Virus record (IMG/VR): IMGVR_UViG_3300029823_000006
Direction: 5' to 3' (one strand)
Source of the DNA: a virus
Taxonomy: Duplodnaviria; Caudoviricetes
DNA: 34,317 nucleotides
A program made the translations under genes and the position numbers. Positions 8,004-18,308 of the stretch are shown one piece after another. Each line of letters opens with the position of its first letter. Position 1 is the stretch's first letter. The notes under the pieces are model-generated. The model did not search any database, had not been told where the DNA came from, and was given only the letters and a program-made list of their open reading frames with translations.

Positions 8004-10424
8004 TTAATATTCTAGTGCCAGTTTGCGAGACAGATTTTTGAATTCCCTGGCTAATTCTTTTTCAGATAGAGGCTTTGGTGACACAACAGAGATATTTTGA
8101 GTGATACTTGTACCATTGGCATTCCCTTGCCCAGATAAACCTCTGTAATTAAAATCAAAACTAGTTGGTACAGCATTTTGCATATCCCTTGAAACTGCTG
8201 TCATTGCATCCTCAAAACCTACACCGATCCCTTCACCCATATTGTGACCAATCCCAGCAAATAGCTTTGAAGGTGAACTGATGCCAAAGAAATTCTTAAT
8301 CTTTGATACAACATTGCCGAAAAATCCAGAGATTTTACTCCATAGCCATGCACCTGCATCTGAAATACCTTGCCACAGACCTTTGATTAAGTTTCCACCT
8401 ACTTTAGCCATCTGGCTTATATAACTTGTAAAAGCATTGACCAATCCTGAGATAATCTGAGGTACAGCCTTGACGATCTCTACGATTATCCTTGGAAGAT
8501 TCGCAATTAATGCCACAAACAGCTGAACACCGGCCAAGATGATCTTGTCGATGTTACCTACAATAGCGTTTACCAAAGATGTTATTATTTTCGGAATAGC
8601 CCCAACCACAGTAGTGATAATTTGTGGGAGTGCCTGTATGAGCGATATTAATAGACGTATGCCCGCATCTATAATCAATGGAATTGACCCAATAACTGCA
8701 CTGATAATACTGTCGATAATCTGCGGGATTGCTTCCACGATTGCAGTGATAATAGTAGGCAGCGCTGTAACCAGTGAAGTCAATAATTGAATACCTGCAT
8801 CAATAATCTGTGGAATGGACTCCACTATAAAATCCACTATTGCTTTTATGATGACAGGTAAGGCAGTTGTTAGTTGAGGTATTGCATCTACCAATCCCTG
8901 TGCTAATCCTATAATCAACTGCAAAGCGGCATCCAAAATAAGTGGTAGGTTATCCATTAATCCTTGAACAATCTGCGTGACTGCCGAAACTGCTGCGGGT
9001 ATCAGTTGCGGTAGAGCCATGCCAATACCCTCCACAAGTGCGGTTACCAGTTCTATTGCTGCATTTATGAGCAGTGGAAGATTATCAATCAACGCACCGA
9101 CAATCGTCATTACTGCATCTACTGCCGCTGGAATCAGTTCAGGCAGTAAGTTCAAGAGTGTCTCCAACACCTGCGTGAACAGGCTCGTGACAGTTTCCAA
9201 TAACATCGGAAGCAGGTCACCTATTGCTGTTAAAATCGCATCGAACGCAGGCGGGAGTGCGGTTACGATGTTTTCTAAAACAGGCACGATATTTTTAACG
9301 ACTGCACGGAATGCATCCACAAGATTTTCCGTCAAATTTGTCATGTCTGCATTAGCGTTACCGAGTCCTGCTGTAAAAGAGCCAAGTGCAGCTTGTAATA
9401 ACCCAATAGAACCAGAAATGGTCTCAGTTGACTCTCTCGCAAAGTTTCCGGCATACTGCTGTGTGTTCTCAAAAAACATCTGCATTGCGACTTCCGCTTT
9501 TTCCGCTTGTGTAGCGGTATTCCAAGTGAAATCTAGTCCCTTAGCAAGAGCATAAGCTTCGATGTTTGTAGCATTCATGGCAACACCTAAGTTATCCATC
9601 ATGGTAAAGTTGCCTTTTGCCGCTCCCGTAACCGCTTCCATGGCAGCGGACATATCTATACCCATAACGGATGCCATATCTGCTGCACGTTGCATCGCTT
9701 TTTCTGTCAATTCAAGACTTTTTCGCTGTTCAATGCCAGAGCCTTGGAACAATGCACCCATTTTATTAGCCGTTGCCAGATACTCACTTTGGGAAATTCC
9801 GAGATTTCTATAGGCTTCTTCACCGGTTTTTTGAATTGAAGCAGCATATGCTCCAAAGACTGCTTCTGAGCCACCTAGGTTTTGCTCCAATTCCCCAAAC
9901 TGGGTAACTACCTCTTTACCCAATTTTATAGCAGCAGCTCCAGCAGCAACTGCAACTGTGCCCATAGCCACACCGATGCCCTTGAGTATACCACCAAGCT
10001 TTTCAAATTTACCTCCAGAATCTTCCGCACTTTTGCCTGAGTTGTCTAACTCTTCACCGAGATTATCTGCTTCAACCGCAGACTGCTGAAGTTCACGCTC
10101 CATATTATTGAGTTCTGCCTGAGCTCTGTTCAGCTGAATCTGCCAGTTTTGAGTGCGGCGGTCATTTTCACCGAAAGAGGAGGTGGCATTATCAAGAGCG
10201 GCCTTAAGGGTTGAAATCTTTTCTTTCTGTGCGTCGATTTCTTTATTCAAAACCGCATTACGAGCAGTGACCGACTGGATGGATTTATCGTTTTTATCAA
10301 ACTGACTGGTCACAAGTGCCATTTCACTGCCCAGCACCTTAAAGGACTGATTGATATCTCGTAGGGCGTTCTTAAACTCACGCTCGCCCTCGACGCCTAT
10401 TTTCAATCCAAAATTGTCCGCCAT
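8004..10424 (-). CDS. Tail tape measure protein
   Basis: 806 aa; N-terminal coiled coil, then Ala/Ile/Leu-rich amphipathic repeats with periodic LP/IP; C-terminal FFGISSPSK motif. Confidence 0.93.
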   Translation of the reverse strand: MADNFGLKIGVEGEREFKNALRDINQSFKVLGSEMALVTSQFDKNDKSIQSVTARNAVLNKEIDAQKEKISTLKAALDNATSSFGENDRRTQNWQIQLNRAQAELNNMERELQQSAVEADNLGEELDNSGKSAEDSGGKFEKLGGILKGIGVAMGTVAVAAGAAAIKLGKEVVTQFGELEQNLGGSEAVFGAYAASIQKTGEEAYRNLGISQSEYLATANKMGALFQGSGIEQRKSLELTEKAMQRAADMASVMGIDMSAAMEAVTGAAKGNFTMMDNLGVAMNATNIEAYALAKGLDFTWNTATQAEKAEVAMQMFFENTQQYAGNFARESTETISGSIGLLQAALGSFTAGLGNANADMTNLTENLVDAFRAVVKNIVPVLENIVTALPPAFDAILTAIGDLLPMLLETVTSLFTQVLETLLNLLPELIPAAVDAVMTIVGALIDNLPLLINAAIELVTALVEGIGMALPQLIPAAVSAVTQIVQGLMDNLPLILDAALQLIIGLAQGLVDAIPQLTTALPVIIKAIVDFIVESIPQIIDAGIQLLTSLVTALPTIITAIVEAIPQIIDSIISAVIGSIPLIIDAGIRLLISLIQALPQIITTVVGAIPKIITSLVNAIVGNIDKIILAGVQLFVALIANLPRIIVEIVKAVPQIISGLVNAFTSYISQMAKVGGNLIKGLWQGISDAGAWLWSKISGFFGNVVSKIKNFFGISSPSKLFAGIGHNMGEGIGVGFEDAMTAVSRDMQNAVPTSFDFNYRGLSGQGNANGTSITQNISVVSPKPLSEKELAREFKNLSRKLALEY

Positions 10425-10438
10425 ACCTTCACCTCCTC

Positions 10439-10642
10439 CTATATGCCTGGTGGGATAATATCATCAATCGTTCGAGTTTTCTTCGGCTTTTCGATCCCAT
10501 GCCATTGCTTGTGGCAAGCCCATAAATCAAAAAACAGTCCAATTGGCATAAGCCAGAATTCCTCTGCGTCCATGCCCATCTGAACTGTTCCATAATAATA
10601 AAGTCGGGTAAAGACTTCAGCGTCCGTTACCCGACTTCCATG
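10439..10642 (-). CDS. -1 frame extension of the tail assembly chaperone (gpGT-like)
   Basis: Open -1 frame HGSRVTDAEVFTRLYYYGTVQMGMDAEEFWLMPIGLFFDLWACHKQWHGIEKPKKTRTIDDIIPPGI*, entered at slippery site A AAA AAC. Fills the gap up to the tape measure RBS. Not in the ORF track. Confidence 0.85.
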   Translation of the reverse strand, partial: HGSRVTDAEVFTRLYYYGTVQMGMDAEEFWLMPIGLFFDLWACHKQWHGIEKPKKTRTIDDIIPPGI

Positions 10643-10648
10643 TTTTTT
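10601..10648 (-). other. Programmed -1 ribosomal frameshift signal
   Basis: Slippery heptamer AAAAAAC (10642-10648), followed 4 nt later by a perfect 11-bp stem AAGTCGGGTAA...TTACCCGACTT (10627-10637 / 10601-10611). Confidence 0.85.
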
Positions 10649-11013
10649 GGAGTTTCTTCCTCACTTTCCACGTTGCGCTTTGCACCTTTGAACATTGCTT
10701 CGGTGATTGCACTTTTATATTCCGCCAAATCAAGCGGTGAGGTAAGAAGCTCCACTTCTTCCTCTGTCAACAATTCTTCTGATGCGCTCTTGTTCTTAAG
10801 GTTGCGAATTAAAATGGACTGGTTTGCAAGCAGTGTGATTAGCCAAACGATCTCGTCCAGTGCCATCTCAAAGTTTTCTGATTTCATCAGTTTTTCTCCA
10901 AGATTTTCAAGACCACCGTAACGACCAGCAATTGCCTTTGTTGCACGTGTAGTTAAAACCAGTTCATACTCTTTGTCACCTATTTTGATTGCGGCACTTC
11001 TCTCATTATCCAT
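10627..11013 (-). CDS. Tail assembly chaperone (gpG-like)
   Basis: Lies between the major tail and tape measure genes; ends in PKN at a slippery site. Confidence 0.85.
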   Translation of the reverse strand: MDNERSAAIKIGDKEYELVLTTRATKAIAGRYGGLENLGEKLMKSENFEMALDEIVWLITLLANQSILIRNLKNKSASEELLTEEEVELLTSPLDLAEYKSAITEAMFKGAKRNVESEEETPKNMEVG

Positions 11014-11024
11014 TATTTCTCCTC

Positions 11025-11615
11025 CTATGGTTCAGGTGTATATACGGGTTCATAAACTTCAGTGAACCAGCCTGTTATGGTGGACGATGAAACACCGGGG
11101 TCACCTTCTGTGACTTCTGCTTTCCATGGGTGCTTGCCCAACCCATCCAGCTTGTTCCTGCGCATAACTGTTCCTTCAATAGTAGGTGTAGAAAAGGTAA
11201 TGGAATCCGCCTTTGTCTGTAAGTTGGTCGCTGGTAGTCCAAACTTAACGCGATACAACCAAAAATATCGGTATGTTCCATTAGCCTTTTGCGCACGAAA
11301 CCCCACTGCAACAGGTGTACCTACACTCTCACTTGCAGAAATTAATACCCCATTGTCGTCGGTAGACGCACCAGTTAGATCTGCTGCTACTGTCGGGCCA
11401 ATGTCATCTACACCGAGAGTGAGTGTACCGCTGTTAAAGTCCTTCACAACCTCGGCAGCACCATCATCGGCATACAGAATTGCTTCCACCAATTCTACCG
11501 AAAGTTCGGCAGTAATGGCTTTTGCGAGTACCGAAGGCACACCATAGGTTTCCTCGCCATTTGAGTCCTCGGTTATTTTTGCATAGTACAGTTTATCCAA
11601 ACCGATAGTTGCCAT
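11025..11615 (-). CDS. Major tail (tube) protein, phi13-like
   Basis: MATIGLDKLYYA, LYADDG and YRYFWLYRVKF motifs. Confidence 0.9.
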   Translation of the reverse strand: MATIGLDKLYYAKITEDSNGEETYGVPSVLAKAITAELSVELVEAILYADDGAAEVVKDFNSGTLTLGVDDIGPTVAADLTGASTDDNGVLISASESVGTPVAVGFRAQKANGTYRYFWLYRVKFGLPATNLQTKADSITFSTPTIEGTVMRRNKLDGLGKHPWKAEVTEGDPGVSSSTITGWFTEVYEPVYTPEP

Positions 11616-11618
11616 ATG

Positions 11619-11960
11619 TTATTCCTCCATTCCATAGTTTTTCGCCACGTCGATGGCGTAATGATGATATCCAGTATCATCCTCGTGACCAATATACCTA
11701 CGCTCAGTCACTGTAAAATCATCGTTTAACAAAGCCGTTGTAATCTGCCTCTTTCTCTCTAAGTAATTGCTCTTGGAAAATAGTGATATCCGTGCTTCCT
11801 GCACATCAAAGCCAGGGCGGTTATCCGCATGAACTTCAAAAACATCCGAAAGTGGGAGTATCACCACGTACTCATCCGGTGCCAAACCTGAAAAAACCCC
11901 GGTTTCTACGGGGATAGGTATTGCTGTCAGAAGTGTATTTAGCTCCTCTAAGATATTCAT
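11619..11960 (-). CDS. Putative tail terminator/completion protein
   Basis: Lies between the gp10-like and tail tube genes; ends in E.DTGYHHYAIDV. Confidence 0.7.
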   Translation of the reverse strand: MNILEELNTLLTAIPIPVETGVFSGLAPDEYVVILPLSDVFEVHADNRPGFDVQEARISLFSKSNYLERKRQITTALLNDDFTVTERRYIGHEDDTGYHHYAIDVAKNYGMEE

Positions 11961-12397
11961 ATTTTATCAATCTCCTCCTCTAGCTTTGCGATCATCGCAT
12001 TGATACAAGGTTTCCTAGATGCAGTTCTCGCAGGCTTTAGGAAGGGTTTTGCAGGCTGACCATGCTTACCATATTCAATGATTGTGGCAATTTTAGCATT
12101 GCTCTCACCATCAGAACGTGGCTCGGCAAAGCCAACTTTAACATTGAAGTTTCCGTTTCTATCTTGCTTTGCACTTGAAAGTCCTAGTGAAGATAGTAGC
12201 TCCCCAGTGCTTTTGGATGGATATTTTGTATTCTTACCAATCACTTTACTTAGATTTCCCTTAACTTTATCCAATACCACTTCACCGCCAACTTCCAGAA
12301 CCTTAGGAAGAATTACATCGGTCTGGTCAGCTAATCGTGATACCTTTAAAAGAAATTCTTCTGGCATCTTTATATTCACTTTTGCCATATCCATCAC
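11957..12397 (-). CDS. HK97 gp10-family tail component
   Basis: STGEL..SL and IEYG..GQPAKPFLKPA motifs. Confidence 0.85.
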   Translation of the reverse strand: MMDMAKVNIKMPEEFLLKVSRLADQTDVILPKVLEVGGEVVLDKVKGNLSKVIGKNTKYPSKSTGELLSSLGLSSAKQDRNGNFNVKVGFAEPRSDGESNAKIATIIEYGKHGQPAKPFLKPARTASRKPCINAMIAKLEEEIDKI

Positions 12398-12729
12398 CTC
12401 ACAGTTGGTTCTATCTTTTCTGCTAAAACCTCGACATACATACCTCGGTTTCTTACATCATCAACGCTTAAAATCTGATATCTGCCATCATCACAAACGA
12501 TGACCATTTCACTGGTCACCCTAAGGCCAGAAATTTTTCTAAACCTAAATAGGGAAGTTGCAGAAGAAAATGATGCCCTATTTGCCCACCGCTCACTGCC
12601 ATGCCGATCTTCCTTGTAGGCACGTACACTGGCAAGTATGTTATCGCCTATAGCAGCGAAACCATCCTTGTCTTTAATAGGCTCTGTACTGATGATATCA
12701 ATAAAGGTGTTCATCTTTCCAAAACTCAT
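12394..12729 (-). CDS. Head-tail adaptor/stopper (SPP1 gp16-like)
   Basis: Position and size; F.FR and RY.I.SV motifs. Confidence 0.8.
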   Translation of the reverse strand: MSFGKMNTFIDIISTEPIKDKDGFAAIGDNILASVRAYKEDRHGSERWANRASFSSATSLFRFRKISGLRVTSEMVIVCDDGRYQILSVDDVRNRGMYVEVLAEKIEPTVR

Positions 12730-12732
12730 AAT

Positions 12733-13050
12733 TTACACCTTCCAATCCCGGTCTAGTCTAAGAAGTAGGTTCACTGTGTTCCAAACCTGCTGCCCCGCTT
12801 GTACGCTATCGGCGAAGAAACCAGCCGTCGAGCCATCTCTGCTTTCGTAGAAATGACTCGACAGCATGATTACTGCCTGTTCAGTTGTTGGGGGCATGAT
12901 GTTTTCAGTGTAATAACCCTCAGCAACATGCTGATAACTTTCCGCATAAGAGACGGCGGCTTTGATGTAATGCAGCAGAAGTCCATCGTCTGCGTCATGC
13001 GTCAGGATCAGATTTGCTTTTACTTTAGGGAGAAGATTATCAGTTGTCAT
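12733..13050 (-). CDS. Head-tail connector (HK97 gp6-like)
   Basis: VKANL....DADD.LL..YI.AA and QAVIML.SHFYE.R motifs. Confidence 0.88.
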   Translation of the reverse strand: MTTDNLLPKVKANLILTHDADDGLLLHYIKAAVSYAESYQHVAEGYYTENIMPPTTEQAVIMLSSHFYESRDGSTAGFFADSVQAGQQVWNTVNLLLRLDRDWKV

Positions 13051-13069
13051 GCCGTCCGCCTCCCTCCGG

Positions 13070-13450
13070 TCATTCTTCGTCTGCTGCCATTAACCCAGCC
13101 GCTTTTAGTTTAGCGAGCAGAGCATTAAAATCCGTGACAAGAGTGGCTGTATCCTCGGCTATGCTGTCGGATTGATTAGCAGCCATTTTTACCAGCCCAG
13201 AGACTGACTCCGTAGCATCGGTAGGATATGTTGGAGCATACAGCTTACCATCTTCACCAATTTTGATTTCGACAGTATCACCCTCATCAGCAGCGGCGGC
13301 TTTTACACCACCGAGAGTCTCCTCTGTTGCCACGAGAAGTGGATCGGCGGAGAGCCCCGTTACCGAGGCTCCTTCCTTGATTTCAAGTGTTCCGCCTATA
13401 ACAGTTTTCTCTCCGCCTTGTTCGGTATAATTCTTTGTGTTATAGCTCAT
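13070..13450 (-). CDS. Head fibre/decoration protein
   Basis: Directly after the capsid gene; AT..TLGGVK / AT..VSGLVK repeats and C-terminal LV.DFNALLAKLKAAGLM. Confidence 0.7.
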   Translation of the reverse strand: MSYNTKNYTEQGGEKTVIGGTLEIKEGASVTGLSADPLLVATEETLGGVKAAAADEGDTVEIKIGEDGKLYAPTYPTDATESVSGLVKMAANQSDSIAEDTATLVTDFNALLAKLKAAGLMAADEE

Positions 13451-13462
13451 AACGCACCTCCA

Positions 13463-14668
13463 TTAAGCTTTCTGCTGAAGTACTTTTATGGCTTCAGGTA
13501 GAATTAATTTTCCATCCACACGCTGAGTAGCAACAAAGCCTACTTGACCAGTAACAGCATAAAGTTCATTAAGCCTCTTAAATACACGACCCTGACGATC
13601 AGCTACCCAGTAATAACTAAAATCACCAAATGCGATACTCTTTGCAGCTGCAGCAATAGTTGGCATATATGCAGAAGTATACAATGGTCGATTGAGGATA
13701 GTATCCGGTGTACCTGCCTGTAAGGAAGGTTGCCATAGGTACTGTCCTTGACCATCCTTTAGTTTACGGATTGCTTTTACAGTGGCGTCGTTCATAACGA
13801 ATACAGCCTTATTACGGTAAGGTGCCTTTAATGAATAGAACAGATCAAGAACCTCGTCCATAGTGATTGCCGTAGCACCTGCAGTAGTCACACCAATTTG
13901 GGCACCACCTGTAGAAGCAAGGATACCTGTCGGTTTTCCAGATCCATCACCGGTAAAGAAAGCTTCTTCCTCTTTGTTACCGATACGCCTTGCAAACTCC
14001 TTAGAGATGTAGGCTTCAAGATTGAACACAGAATCGTTAAGAAGCTCCTCGGAAACTTTGATCATGGTAGCGAGTTTGTAAGCTCCTATAGAAACCTGTC
14101 CGAAACTATCATCGCTATCTGGGATAGTGCCTTCTTCATCCACCCAAGAAGCAGTACCTTTTGTAGCTACAACAGGAATTTTCCTATCACCAGAAGATGT
14201 ATTGATAACATTGGCCAGTGAACGGAAAATGTTCTCTTCCTCAAGAGCCTCTACTAAGGTACGTTCAAACTCGTCAGGCACAAGATAGCCACCCTCGGAG
14301 TCTGTACCGATTTGAAGGGCATTTCTTACGTTTACATCAAGGCCTTCCCCTGCACGAGTACGCATAGCATTCCAGAATGCTTTCTTGTACTCTGCAGACG
14401 CACGTCCTGTCTTATCTTCAGCATGTTTGGACGGTGTGTTTGTAATAGGGCTACTAGTGGCTTTGGAAAGTTCTAAGTCAATAACCGCCTGACGTTCCAA
14501 ACGTTCTATTTCCTTACCAAGTGCAACAACTTCAGCTTCCATCTTTTCATAGGTTTGTGTGTCCTCTGCGGATAACAATCCATCACCGCCACGTTTTGAA
14601 TCAAGGAATGCCTTCGCCGCATCCCAAACCTTAGCGCGTTTCTCGCGCAATTCAAGAATTTTACTCAT
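13463..14668 (-). CDS. Major capsid protein, HK97 fold
   Basis: N-terminal coiled-coil delta domain; GGYLVP.EF, GDGSGKP.GIL, YLWQP and FGDFS.Y motifs. Confidence 0.96.
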   Translation of the reverse strand: MSKILELREKRAKVWDAAKAFLDSKRGGDGLLSAEDTQTYEKMEAEVVALGKEIERLERQAVIDLELSKATSSPITNTPSKHAEDKTGRASAEYKKAFWNAMRTRAGEGLDVNVRNALQIGTDSEGGYLVPDEFERTLVEALEEENIFRSLANVINTSSGDRKIPVVATKGTASWVDEEGTIPDSDDSFGQVSIGAYKLATMIKVSEELLNDSVFNLEAYISKEFARRIGNKEEEAFFTGDGSGKPTGILASTGGAQIGVTTAGATAITMDEVLDLFYSLKAPYRNKAVFVMNDATVKAIRKLKDGQGQYLWQPSLQAGTPDTILNRPLYTSAYMPTIAAAAKSIAFGDFSYYWVADRQGRVFKRLNELYAVTGQVGFVATQRVDGKLILPEAIKVLQQKA

Positions 14669-14687
14669 TGTTATTTCCTCCTTTAAA

Positions 14688-15377
14688 TTAGTGAGAAATT
14701 AAAGAAAGCCGCTTATCCAGCGACTCTATAGGTGTACCTGTTTTTTGTTTTTGTTTTTTAGGTAGTTTGCTAATAAGTGAGTTAGTAACCGCCATCCTGC
14801 TAAAGATAAGGCTATCCGTCAAATCCGGTGTTTCATTTTCCATAAACATGATCTTATCTGCAAAACCCAGTTCGATGGCTTTATTTGCATTCATCCATGA
14901 TTCTGCATCCATCAGATGAGAAAGCTTTGTTCGGGAAAGACCAGTCTTTAACTCATAGGCATTAATAATACTTTCCTTAACCTCATCTAATAGAGCCTTT
15001 GCTCGCAGCATTTCCTCGCTGTCACCGATGGCAATGGTCGAAGGGTTATGAATCATGATCATGGATACCGGCGACATATATACATCTCCACCCGCCATTG
15101 CAATAACGGAAGCTGCACTTGCCGCAAGCCCGTCAATTTTTACAGTGACCTTTCCTGTATAGTCCATAAGCATGTTGTAAATCTGAGCTGCTGCAAACAC
15201 ATCCCCGCCAGGAGAGTTAATCCACACTGTAATATCACCGGTGCCAGCCAGCAGTTCATCTTTGAACATCTTAGGTGTGACCTCATCACCCCACCACGTT
15301 TCTTCGGATATCACTCCATTTAAATAGAGAGTGCGCCCTTCATCAGAATCTCGCACCCAATTCCAGAACTTCTTCAT
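14688..15377 (-). CDS. ClpP-type prohead maturation protease
   Basis: INSPGGDV, GLAASAASVI (catalytic Ser), MIHNP (catalytic His) and A.ELGFAD motifs. Confidence 0.93.
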   Translation of the reverse strand: MKKFWNWVRDSDEGRTLYLNGVISEETWWGDEVTPKMFKDELLAGTGDITVWINSPGGDVFAAAQIYNMLMDYTGKVTVKIDGLAASAASVIAMAGGDVYMSPVSMIMIHNPSTIAIGDSEEMLRAKALLDEVKESIINAYELKTGLSRTKLSHLMDAESWMNANKAIELGFADKIMFMENETPDLTDSLIFSRMAVTNSLISKLPKKQKQKTGTPIESLDKRLSLISH

Positions 15378-16622
15378 TTACTGACCTCCTTCGGTTTTAG
15401 CAAACGCTCCTGCGTCAGCCAATTTCGTCATATTTCCGTTAACCAGATATAAATCGCCACCTTCCTCAGCTGGGATACGGTTCATGTCCTCCAATTCACG
15501 GATATCATTAGCTGACATCCAGCCATTTTGCCGCCCAATAGCATAGCCATTCATTCGGCTTTGATAATCGCCGCGCAGCAGACCATCTAAATTGAACTTG
15601 ATGAATACTGATGTTTTCTCAGAAGGCAAAATAAGCGATTGCTGGAGACTTTGCTCCCATCTCACCACCCACGGATCGAGAGTGTATTTTACAAACTCCA
15701 AAGACTGCTGCTCGATATTAGAGAAGCTAGATTTCTCAAGATCTCCCACCATATGGGGAGGCACACGGAAAATCCTTGCGATCTCATTGATTTGAAATTT
15801 CCGTGTTTCTAAAAACTGAGCCTGTTCTGGAGGTATACCGATGGCTTGAAACTTCATGCCCTCTTCCAATACAGCGATTTTATGTGCCTTAGCTGTGCCT
15901 TGGTAAGCACTATTCCAGCTGTCCTTGACTCTCTGTATGTCTTTAATTACTCCCGGGTGCTCCAGCACACCGCCGGGATTGGCTCCATTAGCAAAGAATG
16001 CCGCACCGTATTCTTCGGTAGCAAGTGACATACCGATTGCATTTTTCGCCATAGCAATAGGGCTATAGCCAATGAGTCCATCAAAGCCTAAGCCTGGTAT
16101 GTGAAGTACATCATCTTTGCGAAGTGTGACATAGCCACCCTTTGGATTCAGGCCACTTTCGTCTGTATCCCGGTAGTAGGTATAAACCAGCTCACCATTT
16201 GATGCTCGACTTACTTCCATCTTGTTAGGAAGTAGGGGATAAAGCGCAATTGCCTGGCCACGACCATTTCGAACTATCTGTGCATAAGCATTGCCCCAAA
16301 GTAAAAGATGACTCATCAGTGTTTCTCGAAACACAAATGAAGTCATCTCTGGATTTGGTTCATCATGAAGAAGGTAATACAAAGGGTGGAATGGAATCTT
16401 TTCTTTACCTCCATCAGAACGATATCTATATACATGTAGTGGCAGTCCAGCAATCGCTTCAGCTAGTATTCTTACGCAGGCATACACCGCTGTTGCTTGC
16501 ATTGCAGTACGCTCATTTACTGTTTTGCCAGATGATGTACCGCCGAATAGGAAGGAAAATGCGCTACCCACACGGTTTTGCGGTTTGTCCCTTGAACGAA
16601 ACAGTCCTTTTAATAAATTCAT
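15378..16622 (-). CDS. Portal protein, HK97 family
   Basis: VYACVRILAE, LLLWGNAY, IARIFRVPP and FSNIEQQ motifs. Start moved to ATG 16622, after SD GGAGGT. Confidence 0.95.
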   Translation of the reverse strand: MNLLKGLFRSRDKPQNRVGSAFSFLFGGTSSGKTVNERTAMQATAVYACVRILAEAIAGLPLHVYRYRSDGGKEKIPFHPLYYLLHDEPNPEMTSFVFRETLMSHLLLWGNAYAQIVRNGRGQAIALYPLLPNKMEVSRASNGELVYTYYRDTDESGLNPKGGYVTLRKDDVLHIPGLGFDGLIGYSPIAMAKNAIGMSLATEEYGAAFFANGANPGGVLEHPGVIKDIQRVKDSWNSAYQGTAKAHKIAVLEEGMKFQAIGIPPEQAQFLETRKFQINEIARIFRVPPHMVGDLEKSSFSNIEQQSLEFVKYTLDPWVVRWEQSLQQSLILPSEKTSVFIKFNLDGLLRGDYQSRMNGYAIGRQNGWMSANDIRELEDMNRIPAEEGGDLYLVNGNMTKLADAGAFAKTEGGQ

Positions 16623-16672
16623 AGGCCTCACCTCCAAATTGAAAGAATTACACCACAAACAATCATTGAAAT

Positions 16673-18277
16673 TTATAGAATTATTAAACCTCTCTCGTCA
16701 TACACCGAGTCTCCACTATTACCTGGTCCACAGCGGATGGCGCGGTCGAGTGCCATAATAGTTGCCACTGCTCCATCTATTTTTTCTGTACTTTTTTCCT
16801 TGTCCGGTTTTATATTTCCAGCCGGATCTGTTTTTATATAGATGTTGTCCATCATCCACCGTAGTACTGGATGCCCGCCGTGTGCTATTCTTTCTTCTAA
16901 TGTCAGTTTCATAAGTTCCTTTGTAGGTGGTGACATATCTTTAAAACCTTGACCGAAGGGAACTACGGTAAAACCTAACCCTTCAAGGTTCTGCACCATC
17001 TGAACAGCGCCCCAACGATCAAAAGCAATCTCTCGAATGTTGTACTTTTCCCCCAGTTCTTCAATGAATTTTTCAATGTATCCATAATGGACTACATTTC
17101 CTTCGGTAGTTAAAATGTGTCCCTGCTTCTCCCAAAGGTCGTATTGCACGTGGTCTCGTCGAACTCGGAGGTCAATATTATCCTCCGGCATCCAAAAATA
17201 CGGGAGAACGGTATATTTATCTGTTTCATCTTCCGGTGGGAACACCAGCACGAAGGCTGTAATGTCAGTGGTAGAGGATAAATCAAGTCCTCCATAGCAT
17301 ACTCTACCTTCAAGGCTCTCTGGTTTTACTGGAAACGCACAGGCATCCCACTTTGCCATTGGCATCCAACGGACAGATTGCTTAACCCACTGGTTCAGAC
17401 GCAGCTGTCGAAAGCTATTTTCCTCAGCAGGGTTCTGCTTTGCACTTTCACAAGCGGCTCTAACTTTATCGATACTTACTGTAATTCCTAAGCTTGGATT
17501 TGCTTTCTTCCATACTTTAGGATCAGTCCAATCATCCTCTTCTTTGGCACCGTAGATTACGGGATAAAAAGTAGGATCGTATTTTCTGCCCTCAATAATA
17601 TCAACCGCTTTTTGGTGTGTTTCATAGCAGATACTCTGGGTATCCGTCCCTGCAGTGGTGATAAGAAAATATAGCGGTTGGGTTCTCGCATCACCAGACC
17701 CTTTTGTCATAACATCAAATAGTTTCCTATTTGGCTGAGTATGAAGTTCATCAAAAACAACACCATGTATATTGAAGCCGTGTTTTGAATAGGCTTCAGC
17801 CGACAATACCTGATAAAAGCTGTTGGTCGGCAGGTACACCAGTCGTTTAGTTGAAGCCAGCAACTTCACTCGTTTATTCAGCGCTGGACACATCCGCACC
17901 ATATCGGCTGCTACTTCAAATACAATTGATGCCTGCTGGCGATCTGCGGCACAACCGTATACCTCTGCTCGTTCTTCACCATCTCCACAAGTGAGGAGAA
18001 GTGCGATTGCTGCTGCAAGCTCGCTTTTTCCCATCTTTTTAGGTATTTCTATATAAGCCGTGTTAAACTGCCGGTATCCATTAGGTTTTAAGATACCGAA
18101 TAAATCACGGACAATTTGTTCCTGCCAGTCGATAAGTTCAAAAGGCTTGCCTGCCCATGAACCTTTCGTATGGGAGAGTGCTTCGATAAAAGCCACAGCG
18201 TAATCAGCAGCGTCCTTATCGTAATATGACCCTTCAGCTATAAAGGCGGTCGGCTTATATTTCTTCAGTTTCCGCAT
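16673..18277 (-). CDS. terL: Terminase large subunit
   Basis: Walker A IPKKMGKS, Walker B VVFDELH, nuclease motifs GGLDLS and KIDG.VA. Probable start ATG 18277. Confidence 0.96.
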   Translation of the reverse strand: MRKLKKYKPTAFIAEGSYYDKDAADYAVAFIEALSHTKGSWAGKPFELIDWQEQIVRDLFGILKPNGYRQFNTAYIEIPKKMGKSELAAAIALLLTCGDGEERAEVYGCAADRQQASIVFEVAADMVRMCPALNKRVKLLASTKRLVYLPTNSFYQVLSAEAYSKHGFNIHGVVFDELHTQPNRKLFDVMTKGSGDARTQPLYFLITTAGTDTQSICYETHQKAVDIIEGRKYDPTFYPVIYGAKEEDDWTDPKVWKKANPSLGITVSIDKVRAACESAKQNPAEENSFRQLRLNQWVKQSVRWMPMAKWDACAFPVKPESLEGRVCYGGLDLSSTTDITAFVLVFPPEDETDKYTVLPYFWMPEDNIDLRVRRDHVQYDLWEKQGHILTTEGNVVHYGYIEKFIEELGEKYNIREIAFDRWGAVQMVQNLEGLGFTVVPFGQGFKDMSPPTKELMKLTLEERIAHGGHPVLRWMMDNIYIKTDPAGNIKPDKEKSTEKIDGAVATIMALDRAIRCGPGNSGDSVYDERGLIIL

Positions 18278-18308
18278 AAACACCGCCCCTTTTATGGAAA
18301 AGGACATA

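Noticed and set aside
8539-9813. Long plus-strand ORFs (83, 192 and 83 aa) opposite the tape measure gene
   Set aside because: Antisense shadows of an Ala/Ile/Leu-rich repetitive gene; no RBS or recognisable motifs.
11062-12503. Plus-strand ORFs (161 and 141 aa) opposite tail genes
   Set aside because: Antisense shadows of conserved structural genes.
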